From Clostridium sp. CAG:508 (GTDB taxonomy: Bacteria > Bacillota > Clostridia > TANB77 > CAG-508): a DNA stretch of 64,000 bases. Where the stretch lies: NCBI GenBank assembly GCA_000435755.1, contig FR889080.1:14562-78561 (forward strand), written 5' to 3'. Below, in pieces: positions 1 through 9,052 of this stretch. Numbering within the stretch: position 1 is the first letter of the stretch; each line of letters starts with the position of its first letter. The translations under genes were made by a program, and so were the position numbers. A model generated the notes under the pieces. It did not search any database. It saw nothing but the letters and a program-made list of their open reading frames with translations, and was not told the DNA's origin.

Positions 1-297
1 AACTGTAATATTTTTTCCTATTTCTTGTAATCCACCTAATGGAATAATTTTTAAATTAGGTTTTTTGAAATTAAATTGCATAATTTCTTTGTTAGTTGAC
101 CTATTATTTCTTGTTCTAGTATTTGTATTTCTTTTTGTAGTAGGTCTTTTCTTTTCTACTGTGGCCTTTTTTTCTCCTTCTATTTCTTTTTTGTTTTGAT
201 TAACTCTGTTGTTTTTTCTAACTGAGTATCCTTTTTTCTCTCTTCTCTCAGTACTCTCTTTTTGTCTAGTATCCTTTTGTTTTAATTCATTTGTCAT
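1..297 (-). CDS. rnj: Ribonuclease J, N-terminal part (partial; continues beyond the window). It carries a basic, Lys/Arg-rich N-terminal extension of about 70 aa.
   Basis: Translating the minus strand from the ATG at 295-297 (RBS GGAGAG upstream) gives MTNELKQKDTRQKE...KIIPLGGLQEIGKNITV. KIIPLGGL-EIGKN is the conserved RNase J N-terminal beta-lactamase-fold motif. No stop codon before the window edge. Confidence 0.55.
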   Translation of the reverse strand, partial: MTNELKQKDTRQKESTERREKKGYSVRKNNRVNQNKKEIEGEKKATVEKKRPTTKRNTNTRTRNNRSTNKEIMQFNFKKPNLKIIPLGGLQEIGKNITV

Positions 298-554
298 TAA
301 AAATTTCTCTCCTTCTTTTTTAAATTGTTGTTTTTCTCATTATTTTATTTATTACATCAACAATAATATATCTGTAGCTTTTGCACAGATATTTTATCCA
401 AAACTTTTAAATATATTTCCTTTTCCGCCCTAAAATATATTTTTTAAGTTTCTATTTTTAATTTTAAATCCGCTCTTATAATAAACAATATAAATCTCTT
501 CTTTACCATATTGGTAACAACTGTTAATTATTATACTATTTTTTCTCACTTTTG

Positions 555-1442
555 TCAAATAGTTGCTCCAATGATGCCTGCATCATTGCCAAGAAGTGTT
601 AATTCTATATCTGGAATTCTATCTTTATAAAAAGATTTTCTTCCATTATAGTATTTTTCTAAAAATGGTTTGTATAATATTTCTTCAAAATATACAAAAC
701 CTCCACCTAAACATATTGCTTGTGGTGCAAATATGTCTATAATATTTGATAAGCCAATATTTAGGTTGTCAATATATTCCTCTAATATCTTTTTAATATT
801 TTCTTCTTTAGCTCTCCATTTCAAAATTTCTAATAAGTCTTTTGAAGAAACTTCTTTTGACAAATTCATTTCATCTATTAATTTATCTTTTAATCTTTTA
901 ACAGAACAAAGTGTTTCGAAACATCCAGTTTTTCCACAATTACATTTAATCCCATTTTTATCAATTACCATATGTCCTATTTCCATTCCTGGATTTTGTA
1001 TTGGTTTTAATTCCTTACCATTCATAAATACACTTGCTCCAATACCAGTTCCTAAACATAAAAATACTGCATCTTGATATTCTTTTAATGCTCCATACGT
1101 TTTTTCAGCTAGTCCCGCACATTTAGCATCATTCTTTAACAGTACAGGTATATCAAAATGTTCCATCAAAATAGATGAAATATCAAATTCTTTTATCTTT
1201 AGATTTATAAGATTTGTTAATACACCATCTCTTGGCGTTCCTGGTGATCCTATTCCAATTTTTTCTATGTTATGGTTCTCTTTAATTTTTGATATAATTT
1301 CTATAATGTATGTAGATATTTCTGCTTTAGCTTGATCTCCTACAGTTTTTATATCTTTTTCAAATTTTTCTATAATTTTCCCGTTTTCATTTACTATTCC
1401 TATAGCAACATGACTGCCACCCATATCAATTCCAATTTTCAT
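555..1442 (-). CDS. glcK: ROK-family glucokinase
   Basis: Starts MKIGIDMGGSHVAIGIV (ROK/actin-fold ATP motif). Zinc motif CNCGKTGCFE. Length 295 aa. Confidence 0.85.
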   Translation of the reverse strand: MKIGIDMGGSHVAIGIVNENGKIIEKFEKDIKTVGDQAKAEISTYIIEIISKIKENHNIEKIGIGSPGTPRDGVLTNLINLKIKEFDISSILMEHFDIPVLLKNDAKCAGLAEKTYGALKEYQDAVFLCLGTGIGASVFMNGKELKPIQNPGMEIGHMVIDKNGIKCNCGKTGCFETLCSVKRLKDKLIDEMNLSKEVSSKDLLEILKWRAKEENIKKILEEYIDNLNIGLSNIIDIFAPQAICLGGGFVYFEEILYKPFLEKYYNGRKSFYKDRIPDIELTLLGNDAGIIGATI

Positions 1443-1454
1443 TTTATTCTCCTT

Positions 1455-1485
1455 TACAATGCTAAAAAGCTCCGTTTATAACAGA
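1455..1485. terminator. Bidirectional intrinsic terminator between pilC and glcK
   Basis: Perfect 9 bp stem aaaaagctc/gagcttttt with an 11 nt loop, flanked by A and T runs. Confidence 0.6.
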
Positions 1486-1500
1486 GCTTTTTATATTTTA

Positions 1501-2850
1501 CTATATATCTAGACCATCTAACATGAATCCACCCATATATAAGTTGATACATGGTACAAGAAGGACCACAACAAGGAATATTATTAATGTACCAACAAAT
1601 AAGTACGAAATCTCTGGTAATACTTTCATGATTTTACTTAGGCTATTTTGAATATCCACATCCATATAATCTAATAATTTTTCCATCATATCTGGAAGGT
1701 CAGTTTGCATACCTATTTTTAACATTTCTACTTCCATAGCTGAGCATAAACCTGATTTTTCAAATGGCTCAATCCATGAAGCTCCTATTAATATATTATT
1801 TATAGAAGTTTCTACTATTGAAAGTAAAACGTAGTTTTTTATAACTGATTTACTAACTTCTAGTGCCTCTTGAATTCTCATTCCATTTCTTAAATTCAAT
1901 AGCATCGCTCTCATAAGTCTTGAAAAATCGATTCCAAATACTAATCTACCAAATACTGGAGCTTTATATTTAAAATAGTGCCAGTTGTATTTTCCCTTTG
2001 GCGTATTTATATATCCCATAATTAATAATAGAATAACTCCTATAATTGCGACAGGAATATACCAAATTTTTCCAAAGTTATCAACCAGATTCATAAACCA
2101 TAAAGTTGGACCAGGCAGTGTAGTTCCCTGACCTATTGATGCAAATACTTTCTGGATTTCCGGTAATATAAATATTGTTCCACCAATTAATAATAGAAAT
2201 ATACCTATAAATTGTAGTAAATTAGGTATTAATATTTTCTTTATTCTTTTGCTTCTCGTAGTTGTATCTTCCAAGTATTCAACTGCTTGTTGTAGAGAAT
2301 TTGTAAGCGAACCAGAAAGTTCTCCTACTTTTATCATGTTAATATATACATATGGAAAAATATTAGAATAGTATTCCATTGTTGTATACATATATTCTCC
2401 GCCTTCTACACCTGCTAATATATCCTCTAATACTCCTTTAAAAGATAAGTTTTCTGTACTATTTATTATAGTGCTTAGAGCATGAATATTATTGAAGTCT
2501 GCCTTTTTTAATAAGTAAAAATTCTGTGTAAATATAATAACATCTTTTATAGTTATTTTCTGTCCAGCAGCTAGGATTAAGTTTATTTTCTCCCTAGCAC
2601 TTGGTCTATAATCTTCTCTACCTTGAAGTACGCTTGCCGAATTAGCAGTTTTCATTATACCATCAATATCAATAATGTTCTTTTTTGGAACTTTGCTTTT
2701 CTTACTTCTATAGCTAACTTGTATAACTTCTATAGGCATCAAATCATTTGATTTTAATTTTTTTACTAGAGTATTTTTACTAGATTCTTCAACCTTATTT
2801 CGTACAATTTGCCCTCTTCTAGTTACAGCTCTATATATATATTCAGGCAT
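1501..2850 (-). CDS. pilC: Type IV pilus inner-membrane platform protein PilC (GspF family)
   Basis: 449 aa with a duplicated GspF-like architecture and three TM segments. Position immediately downstream of pilB and pilT. Confidence 0.85.
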   Translation of the reverse strand: MPEYIYRAVTRRGQIVRNKVEESSKNTLVKKLKSNDLMPIEVIQVSYRSKKSKVPKKNIIDIDGIMKTANSASVLQGREDYRPSAREKINLILAAGQKITIKDVIIFTQNFYLLKKADFNNIHALSTIINSTENLSFKGVLEDILAGVEGGEYMYTTMEYYSNIFPYVYINMIKVGELSGSLTNSLQQAVEYLEDTTTRSKRIKKILIPNLLQFIGIFLLLIGGTIFILPEIQKVFASIGQGTTLPGPTLWFMNLVDNFGKIWYIPVAIIGVILLLIMGYINTPKGKYNWHYFKYKAPVFGRLVFGIDFSRLMRAMLLNLRNGMRIQEALEVSKSVIKNYVLLSIVETSINNILIGASWIEPFEKSGLCSAMEVEMLKIGMQTDLPDMMEKLLDYMDVDIQNSLSKIMKVLPEISYLFVGTLIIFLVVVLLVPCINLYMGGFMLDGLDI

Positions 2851-2867
2851 GAGTTTACCTCCTTTTC

Positions 2868-3995
2868 CTAGCTTTCCATATTAAGTCTTTTATTTTCATT
2901 TTCCTTTTTTATTTTTAATTGCATAATTGTTCTATTTAAAATTTCAATATTCTTCTCTTCAATTTGAGCTTTTGCTTGATCTAATGAAATTCTATCATCA
3001 ACAAACAATTGAGCAAGTGAATTTATTAATCCTATACTTCCTTTATCTGATCCACTTTGAATAGCATCTTCTATCTCTGAAACTCCAAGTTTTTCTTTTC
3101 TTATTACACCAGCAATTGTATTATCTACTACCATTACTTCTGGAACCAACACAAGTGAGTCATCTCTTCCTTTTAATAGTCTTTGTGAAACAACCAATTT
3201 TAATAATGATGCTATTAAGTATTTTATAGTTTGTTGATCTCTAATATCATAAAAGTTTATCATTCTGTCTATAGTTTCTGCACAAGACTTTGTATGTAAT
3301 GTTCCTATTACTAAATGTCCTGCCTCTGCTGTTTCAATAGCTGCATCCATGGTTTCTCTATCACGAATCTCACCGATTATTAGAATGTCACAATCTTCTC
3401 TTAAGCAGTTTTTTACACCTGAGCTATAGTCTGGACAATCTCTTCCTATTCCTACTTCTTTTTGTACAATTATAGATTTTTTACATTTGTGCTTATACTC
3501 AACTGGGCTTTCAAGTGATAATATTTTTTTATTTTCATTTTCATTTACTTCATTTATTAACGCATTCAAAGTTGTAGTTTTACCAGAGTTTGTCTTTCCT
3601 GTTACTAATATTAGTCCTTGTGGTTGACTCATCATTCTTCTAACTATATCTGGCACTCCCAATTCCTCATATTTTGGTAGTTTACTTTTTATTAATCTCA
3701 ATACTACTACTGGTAAATCATCTGATACAGAAATATTTACCCTTATTCTAGTTCCTTCAAATTCATAAGAAGAATCTAGTTTCTTTTCTTCTTTGAATAC
3801 TTCATCTTTTTCTATGTTTCCTCTTACAAAGTAATCATATATTTCAAACATATCTTCTTCTGTTAATGCATCAAAGCCATCTATATCTATCAAATCTCTT
3901 CTCACTCTTAAACAAGGTTTTATTCCCCCAATTAAGTGTATATCTGAAGCATCTTTCTCTATTGCTATTCTTAAAATCTTATCTATATCAACCAT
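2868..3995 (-). CDS. pilT: Type IV pilus retraction ATPase PilT
   Basis: 375 aa. Walker A GKTNSGKTTT, Asp box, His box HLVIGTLHT. Same secretion-ATPase fold as the PilB next to it, but shorter and lacking the N-terminal domain. Confidence 0.85.
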   Translation of the reverse strand: MVDIDKILRIAIEKDASDIHLIGGIKPCLRVRRDLIDIDGFDALTEEDMFEIYDYFVRGNIEKDEVFKEEKKLDSSYEFEGTRIRVNISVSDDLPVVVLRLIKSKLPKYEELGVPDIVRRMMSQPQGLILVTGKTNSGKTTTLNALINEVNENENKKILSLESPVEYKHKCKKSIIVQKEVGIGRDCPDYSSGVKNCLREDCDILIIGEIRDRETMDAAIETAEAGHLVIGTLHTKSCAETIDRMINFYDIRDQQTIKYLIASLLKLVVSQRLLKGRDDSLVLVPEVMVVDNTIAGVIRKEKLGVSEIEDAIQSGSDKGSIGLINSLAQLFVDDRISLDQAKAQIEEKNIEILNRTIMQLKIKKENENKRLNMES

Positions 3996-4013
3996 GATTT
4001 CCTCCTAAGTTAC

Positions 4014-5636
4014 TTAATAAATTATAAGCTTATTATTTATTTCATCTAATGTTGTCATTCCGTCTACAACTTTTTTAAGTCCGTCTATTAAAAGTGGTTT
4101 GTAACCTGACTCCAAAGCTTTTTTTCTAATTTCCATACTAGAAGCATCACGTGAAATCAATTCTTTAATTTCATCATCTATAGTTAATACTTCAAATATT
4201 CCTATTCTATCAAGATATCCACTTTGGTTACATTTTTTACATCCTACAATTTCATACGTCTTTTTATTTGTAAAGTCAAAATTTACGTTGTATTTTTCCC
4301 CTATTTTATTTATAATTTCTTTCTCTTGCTCTGTAAAATCTCTTTTTTTAGCACAATGAGGGCAAACTTTTCTTACTAATCTTTGTGAAACAGAAGTTGC
4401 TAAAATACTTGCAATATCATAGTTTGACATACCCATTTTTCTAAGTCTGGTAATAACCTCTATACTGTCAATTGTATGTATTGTTGATAGTACATAGTGT
4501 CCTGTTTGTCCAGCTTGCATTGCAATTTCGGCTGTTTCCCTATCACGAATTTCTCCTACTAGGATAATATCTGGATCTTGTCTTAATACTGTTCTCAATG
4601 AATCTGAAAAAGTAGTTTTAGAATCCATTTCTATTTGATTTAATCCATCAATTCTTATTTCAACAGGGTCTTCAATTGTAGTAATGTTTATTTGTGGTCT
4701 ATTTAGATAATCAATTATACTATATAATGTAGTAGTTTTACCTTCACCAGTTGGTGCTGCTACTATTGTAATACAGTTCTTTTTATTGAAACACTTTCTA
4801 ACTAGTTGTTCATCATTTGGAAATCCTAATTCAAATATTTGACGAATATTTCCATTTTTCTTTAATAATCTTAATACGAATTTCTCTCCATATACATTTT
4901 TTTGTGAAGAAACACGAATATTATAATCAGGATAAGCAAGTATTCTACCATCTTGTGATTCTTGTTTTTCTTGATGCATGTTAGAAATTGCCTTTAATCT
5001 ACCTATTATTTGGGTTTGTTTTTCTTTTTCAATCTCAACAGCTGTAACAAGTTGTCCATCTATTCTATACCTAACTCTTAATAGATTTTCAAGTGGTTCA
5101 ATATGTATATCACTCGCTCTTTTTTCCATAGCTGTTTTTATAATACTATCAACCAAACCTGAGATGTCTGCATTTGTATTAATATTGTCAGATACCCCTC
5201 CTTCTAAAGACTCGATTATTTTTTCAATATTTGTTTCAAAAGTTATATATTTTTCCATTACTAGTCCTTTATTTAATAATAAAAGCCTAATAACCTCTAT
5301 AGATTTTTTATTAGAAGTATCTGCAAAACATACTTTTATTTTACCAGAAGCAATTTCAAATGGAATAGCTTTATTTTGTTTCATTATATCTAGTGATATG
5401 TATTCCAAAGCATCTATCCTAACATCTTTTTCTTGTAAATATATTGCTTTTTCATCTAAAATTTCTCCCATAGCGTTGATTAAAATATCAGAATCACATA
5501 GCTTTAATATATCCAATATATCACCAATTTTTTTGTTTGGATGTGTTTTTTGATAGTCTAAAGCTTTTTCTATGTCTGCTTCTCTTACAACACCTTTTTT
5601 TACTAATTCAATTCCTATTGGTTGTCTTTTTTCCAT
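4014..5636 (-). CDS. pilB: Type IV pilus assembly ATPase PilB (GspE family) with an N-terminal T2SSE_N/MshEN-like domain
   Basis: 540 aa. Walker A APTGEGKTTT. Tetracysteine CPHC...CKKC. N-terminus PIGIELVKKGVVREADIEKALDYQ resembles the MshEN c-di-GMP-binding repeat. Confidence 0.9.
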   Translation of the reverse strand: MEKRQPIGIELVKKGVVREADIEKALDYQKTHPNKKIGDILDILKLCDSDILINAMGEILDEKAIYLQEKDVRIDALEYISLDIMKQNKAIPFEIASGKIKVCFADTSNKKSIEVIRLLLLNKGLVMEKYITFETNIEKIIESLEGGVSDNINTNADISGLVDSIIKTAMEKRASDIHIEPLENLLRVRYRIDGQLVTAVEIEKEKQTQIIGRLKAISNMHQEKQESQDGRILAYPDYNIRVSSQKNVYGEKFVLRLLKKNGNIRQIFELGFPNDEQLVRKCFNKKNCITIVAAPTGEGKTTTLYSIIDYLNRPQINITTIEDPVEIRIDGLNQIEMDSKTTFSDSLRTVLRQDPDIILVGEIRDRETAEIAMQAGQTGHYVLSTIHTIDSIEVITRLRKMGMSNYDIASILATSVSQRLVRKVCPHCAKKRDFTEQEKEIINKIGEKYNVNFDFTNKKTYEIVGCKKCNQSGYLDRIGIFEVLTIDDEIKELISRDASSMEIRKKALESGYKPLLIDGLKKVVDGMTTLDEINNKLIIY

Positions 5637-5726
5637 TTGTAGTTCTCCTTTCTCTTTTTCCTTAGTCTATATTTATTATACTATAAAATTCGATAAATAA
5701 ATATAATTTTTTTAATTTACAATAAT

Positions 5727-6167
5727 TTACCAGTATCTTAAAACATACTCAATTTGTTTTACATATGACTTCTCATCTTCGCCAACATCTAAATTAACTG
5801 TTATTATATTTTTAGTTGTCCAGTCAACTTGATAAGTTTCTTGTGAGAACACAGCACTTTTAATATTAGTTGCAATTTCTTTGTCATTACGATATATACT
5901 TCCGTTTTCATATTTATATTTAGTTCCATCTTCAAATATTATGCTATTCGTTGTAACATCTGCTGTTGTGTTGCTTTTCACATCTTGAACAAAAAACATA
6001 TTAAATTTGTTATATTCAACTACATAATTACTATCAGTTTTTATCAATTTCATATTAGTATAAAAATATGAACTCAAAAGTCCCATAGTACTTATTACCA
6101 CTGTGGCTACAGCAATATATATGACCAGTGCCGTTAAGGTAACGCCTTTTTCTGACCTCATAATCAA
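5727..6167 (-). CDS. Minor pilin / pseudopilin-like protein (non-canonical, Ala at +5)
   Basis: N-terminus MIMRSEKG|VTLTALVIYIAVATVVIS: short basic leader ending in Gly, then a roughly 20 aa hydrophobic segment. Lies inside the pilus operon. Confidence 0.6.
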   Translation of the reverse strand: MIMRSEKGVTLTALVIYIAVATVVISTMGLLSSYFYTNMKLIKTDSNYVVEYNKFNMFFVQDVKSNTTADVTTNSIIFEDGTKYKYENGSIYRNDKEIATNIKSAVFSQETYQVDWTTKNIITVNLDVGEDEKSYVKQIEYVLRYW

Positions 6168-6176
6168 TCAATCTCC

Positions 6177-6593
6177 TTATAATTCTTTTATTTTTAGTCT
6201 TTGAATACGTATATTTCTTGAATCATTTGCAAAATTATATGCTAAATTTATATCAACTTCTTTTACACAAGATAGAGTTTCTCCATCCGGTTTATAGTCT
6301 GAAACATCTATTGTAACAGTGAAATTGGCTGGTACATTAAACATGCTAGCTAATGAATCACCCATTCCACTCTCTACATCGTCAAAGCTAATTTTGTCTA
6401 TATATTCTGCTATTTGAATAGCATATAAAGTTCCTACCTCATCAACTTGACTATCAGATTGAACTCTGAATGTTGCTACAATTGCAGTTCCTATTATTCC
6501 AGCAAATAATGTAAAAATTGCTATTGCAATTATTAAATCTTGCATTGTAAAACCATTATTAGATTTTAACTTTAAAAATCGTTGTTTTTCCAT
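6177..6593 (-). CDS. Type IV pilin-like protein (minor pilin; Asp at +5)
   Basis: MEKQRFLKLKSNNG|FTMQDLIIAIAIFTLFAGIIG: class III signal with G|FTMQD. Lies inside the pilus operon. Confidence 0.65.
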   Translation of the reverse strand: MEKQRFLKLKSNNGFTMQDLIIAIAIFTLFAGIIGTAIVATFRVQSDSQVDEVGTLYAIQIAEYIDKISFDDVESGMGDSLASMFNVPANFTVTIDVSDYKPDGETLSCVKEVDINLAYNFANDSRNIRIQRLKIKEL

Positions 6594-6606
6594 ACTTCCC
6601 TCTAAA

Positions 6607-7407
6607 TTATAAAATAAAAAAATTAGTTACTATTAAGCATACAATATTAGTCAGACACAAATAAAATCCTATAGGTATTTGAGTTATATTTTCATTCTTT
6701 CTTACATTCTTCTTTTTGCTCAATTTAGCCAGTAAAGTTTGAAATGCAATACAAAGTAATGTGAAAATAATAGTCAATATTGTAATTGTTTCATATGTAT
6801 AACCTAACATTAACACACAAAGTAATAAGTTCTCTATAACGTAGCTGTTTTTTGCTTTTTTTCTTAAAATAAATATATCAATTAACATTAGTATACATAT
6901 AATGCTCAAATATATAACATATCTATATATATTAAAATTATTTTCTACTATATATAGATAAATTATATATATAGTTTGTATAATAAATCCAAATAAAAGT
7001 ACAGATTTTTGAATATAAGTTCTATCTTTATCAATACCAGCAATAATAAATAAGCTTGCAAGGTATAATATACCAAATATAAAGTAAATCCATGTATTCA
7101 TATCTGTATGTAATATATCTAAATTTAAAGATAAAGCAAATAAAACAAAAACTACTCCAGACATTATTTCTAGTAAGAAATATCTTGGACGTATTTTTTG
7201 TTTACAATATCTACATTTCCCTCCTAAAAATAAATAACTTAATATAGGAATTAAATCTAAAAATTCTAGTCTATGATTGCAGTTTGGACAAAAAGATCTC
7301 TCATGAGTTATATCTTTTCCAAGTGGTATACGATAAACTGCTAATGTAAAAAAGCTTCCAAATAAAGCTCCTATGCAAAATATTAAAATGTATAATATTA
7401 TATTCAT
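6607..7407 (-). CDS. pilD: Prepilin peptidase PilD (A24 family)
   Basis: N-terminal zinc-binding CPNC...CRYC and the polytopic membrane topology typical of PilD. 266 aa. Confidence 0.85.
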   Translation of the reverse strand: MNIILYILIFCIGALFGSFFTLAVYRIPLGKDITHERSFCPNCNHRLEFLDLIPILSYLFLGGKCRYCKQKIRPRYFLLEIMSGVVFVLFALSLNLDILHTDMNTWIYFIFGILYLASLFIIAGIDKDRTYIQKSVLLFGFIIQTIYIIYLYIVENNFNIYRYVIYLSIICILMLIDIFILRKKAKNSYVIENLLLCVLMLGYTYETITILTIIFTLLCIAFQTLLAKLSKKKNVRKNENITQIPIGFYLCLTNIVCLIVTNFFIL

Positions 7408-7442
7408 ATTTTCTCCGTTAACTTTAAAGTGTTTTTATATAA

Positions 7443-7470
7443 ATCAAGGCATATACTTTATGCATATGCC
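7443..7470 (-). terminator. Hairpin immediately downstream of pilA (attenuator/terminator separating pilA from pilD)
   Basis: Stem ggcatat/atatgcc (7 bp, 9 nt loop) followed by a T-rich stretch on the minus strand. Classic arrangement after a major pilin gene. Confidence 0.45.
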
Positions 7471-7497
7471 CTAATCATAATTGATTTTTCTATCAAA

Positions 7498-7905
7498 TTA
7501 TTTTTTTACAGCTGTAATTTCAGTAACTACACCATTTGCAATTGTAACAGTGTGTGTATAACTACTTGTTGCAACTGTTACTGTTCCTGCTATAACTCCA
7601 CCAGTAATTGTTGGTGCTGTTGTAGCTGTTACTGACCATCCTGATGGTACATATTTTGAAATCAAATCTTTAGCTTCTGTTTTAGTTGTTTTGCTTGCAT
7701 CATAATATTCCATCATGCATTCTGCTTGTGCACTGCTAACAGCGTCTCTAATAGTTGCTTGCTCAGATACCATTCCTGCTTCTTGAGCTTTTGTAAATAT
7801 TCCATTATTTGATAAAGCATAAGTAATTGTTACCCCTGCTAAAATTAATAATACAACTATTGTAACAACTAAAGCAACTAATGTAATACCTCTTTCGTTT
7901 CTCAT
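7498..7905 (-). CDS. pilA: Putative major type IV pilin PilA (non-canonical: Ile+1, Ala+5)
   Basis: MRNERG|ITLVALVVTIVVLLILAGV: 6 aa basic leader ending in Gly. Thr/Gly-rich C-terminal half. Own RBS AGGAG. Hairpin downstream. Confidence 0.65.
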   Translation of the reverse strand: MRNERGITLVALVVTIVVLLILAGVTITYALSNNGIFTKAQEAGMVSEQATIRDAVSSAQAECMMEYYDASKTTKTEAKDLISKYVPSGWSVTATTAPTITGGVIAGTVTVATSSYTHTVTIANGVVTEITAVKK

Positions 7906-7969
7906 TGTATATTACTCCTTTCTCTTTAGATTTTTTGTATATATTTATTTAAATAAATATAACCTATAA

Positions 7970-8365
7970 TTATTTTGTACCCGTATCATTGTAGAAAGTT
8001 CCTGTTGATTTTGGGTCTACATTTGTATTTGTGTCAATAACTTCATTGTTGCTTGTATTTTCTTCATTTTCTACAGTATTACTTGCCGCAAAAGGGTTTG
8101 CCTTACCTGTAGTATATGAATTAGTTTGTCTATATAATTTTAAGTCCGAACCGTCAATTTCATATGAAATTTCTTGTTTTTCTTCTTCAGAAGTTTTTTG
8201 ATCTATTTCGGTTCTTACATTTTCTGGAGTGCTATATTCTGCCAATTTATTAGGTATGGTTTTATTTGTAGGAATATAGTTATAAAACATAACTCCTAAA
8301 ATTAATACAATAGCCACACATAGCAATAGCATTATAAAAATTTCTTTAAAAACTGATTTTAACAT
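7970..8365 (-). CDS. Small bitopic membrane protein of the pilus operon (unknown; possibly a PilP-like accessory protein)
   Basis: 131 aa. One N-terminal TM (IFIMLLLCVAIVLILGVMFY), polar Asn/Thr-rich C-terminus. Position between pilO-like and pilA. Confidence 0.4.
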   Translation of the reverse strand: MLKSVFKEIFIMLLLCVAIVLILGVMFYNYIPTNKTIPNKLAEYSTPENVRTEIDQKTSEEEKQEISYEIDGSDLKLYRQTNSYTTGKANPFAASNTVENEENTSNNEVIDTNTNVDPKSTGTFYNDTGTK

Positions 8366-8386
8366 TCTTATCTCCTTTGTCTAGTC

Positions 8387-9052
8387 TTATGGTTGTGTTG
8401 TCTCAGTTGTTGAATTTGTATTTTGTGTATTTGTGTCTGGCGTATTTGTTGGTGCACTTTCTGTTATTATAGTACTTTGAACTGCAGTATTTACGCCTTC
8501 TGTTTTTATATTAATGTTTCTTGTTTCAAACGTAGCTTGCAAGTTGTTTCCACCTGGTATTAGTTTGAAGTTTTCGATTCTAAATCCTAGTTTACTATCA
8601 TTTTCAATAGCTGAAACAAAACTTAAAATTGGAATATAATCTCCTGAAACAGTAAACTTAATACTATTATTTGTAGGTGTATAACTTAAGTATACGCCTT
8701 CTGCTGTTGCATGTCTTCCTAATCTAGTCCATAAAAATTCTACTGTGTAAGTTTCTACTGTAGTAGCCTTATTTATTTCTGACTTTGTACTTACATCTGC
8801 TAAGTCTTGATATTCCTCTTTGGCTGCTAACAAACTAGAAACAGTACTATCTAAAGTTTCCAATTCAGTTGGATAATTGCTTCTGATTAATTTTTCTGTT
8901 TCTGAAATTTCTGCTGTTAATTTGTCATTGCCTTCAATGATTTGTTTTACACTTAAAATTTTAAAATTGCCAATTGTTAAACCTTTAGTAATTACTAAAA
9001 CTGCCATGACAATTAACAATATTGTTAAAATACCTATTAGAATTTTTCTCAT
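8387..9052 (-). CDS. PilO-like pilus alignment subcomplex protein
   Basis: 221 aa. N-terminal TM MRKILIGILTILLIVMAVLVI, coiled-coil, then a periplasmic domain. Overlaps pilMN by 4 nt (translational coupling). Confidence 0.5.
   Translation of the reverse strand: MRKILIGILTILLIVMAVLVITKGLTIGNFKILSVKQIIEGNDKLTAEISETEKLIRSNYPTELETLDSTVSSLLAAKEEYQDLADVSTKSEINKATTVETYTVEFLWTRLGRHATAEGVYLSYTPTNNSIKFTVSGDYIPILSFVSAIENDSKLGFRIENFKLIPGGNNLQATFETRNINIKTEGVNTAVQSTIITESAPTNTPDTNTQNTNSTTETTQP

Noticed and set aside
209-433. 74-aa plus-strand ORF of low-complexity Phe/Ser-rich sequence
   Set aside because: It lies antisense to the Lys-rich N-terminal extension of the RNase J gene, has no RBS and is compositionally driven, so it is spurious.
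670-1077. Plus-strand 135-aa ORF inside glcK (and similar antisense ORFs 4978-5553, 9425-9766, 19511-19942, 31519-31929, 39487-39996, 51225-51575, 60233-60706)
   Set aside because: Each sits entirely within a well-supported conserved gene on the opposite strand and has no motifs or RBS. These are typical AT-rich-genome antisense ORF artefacts.
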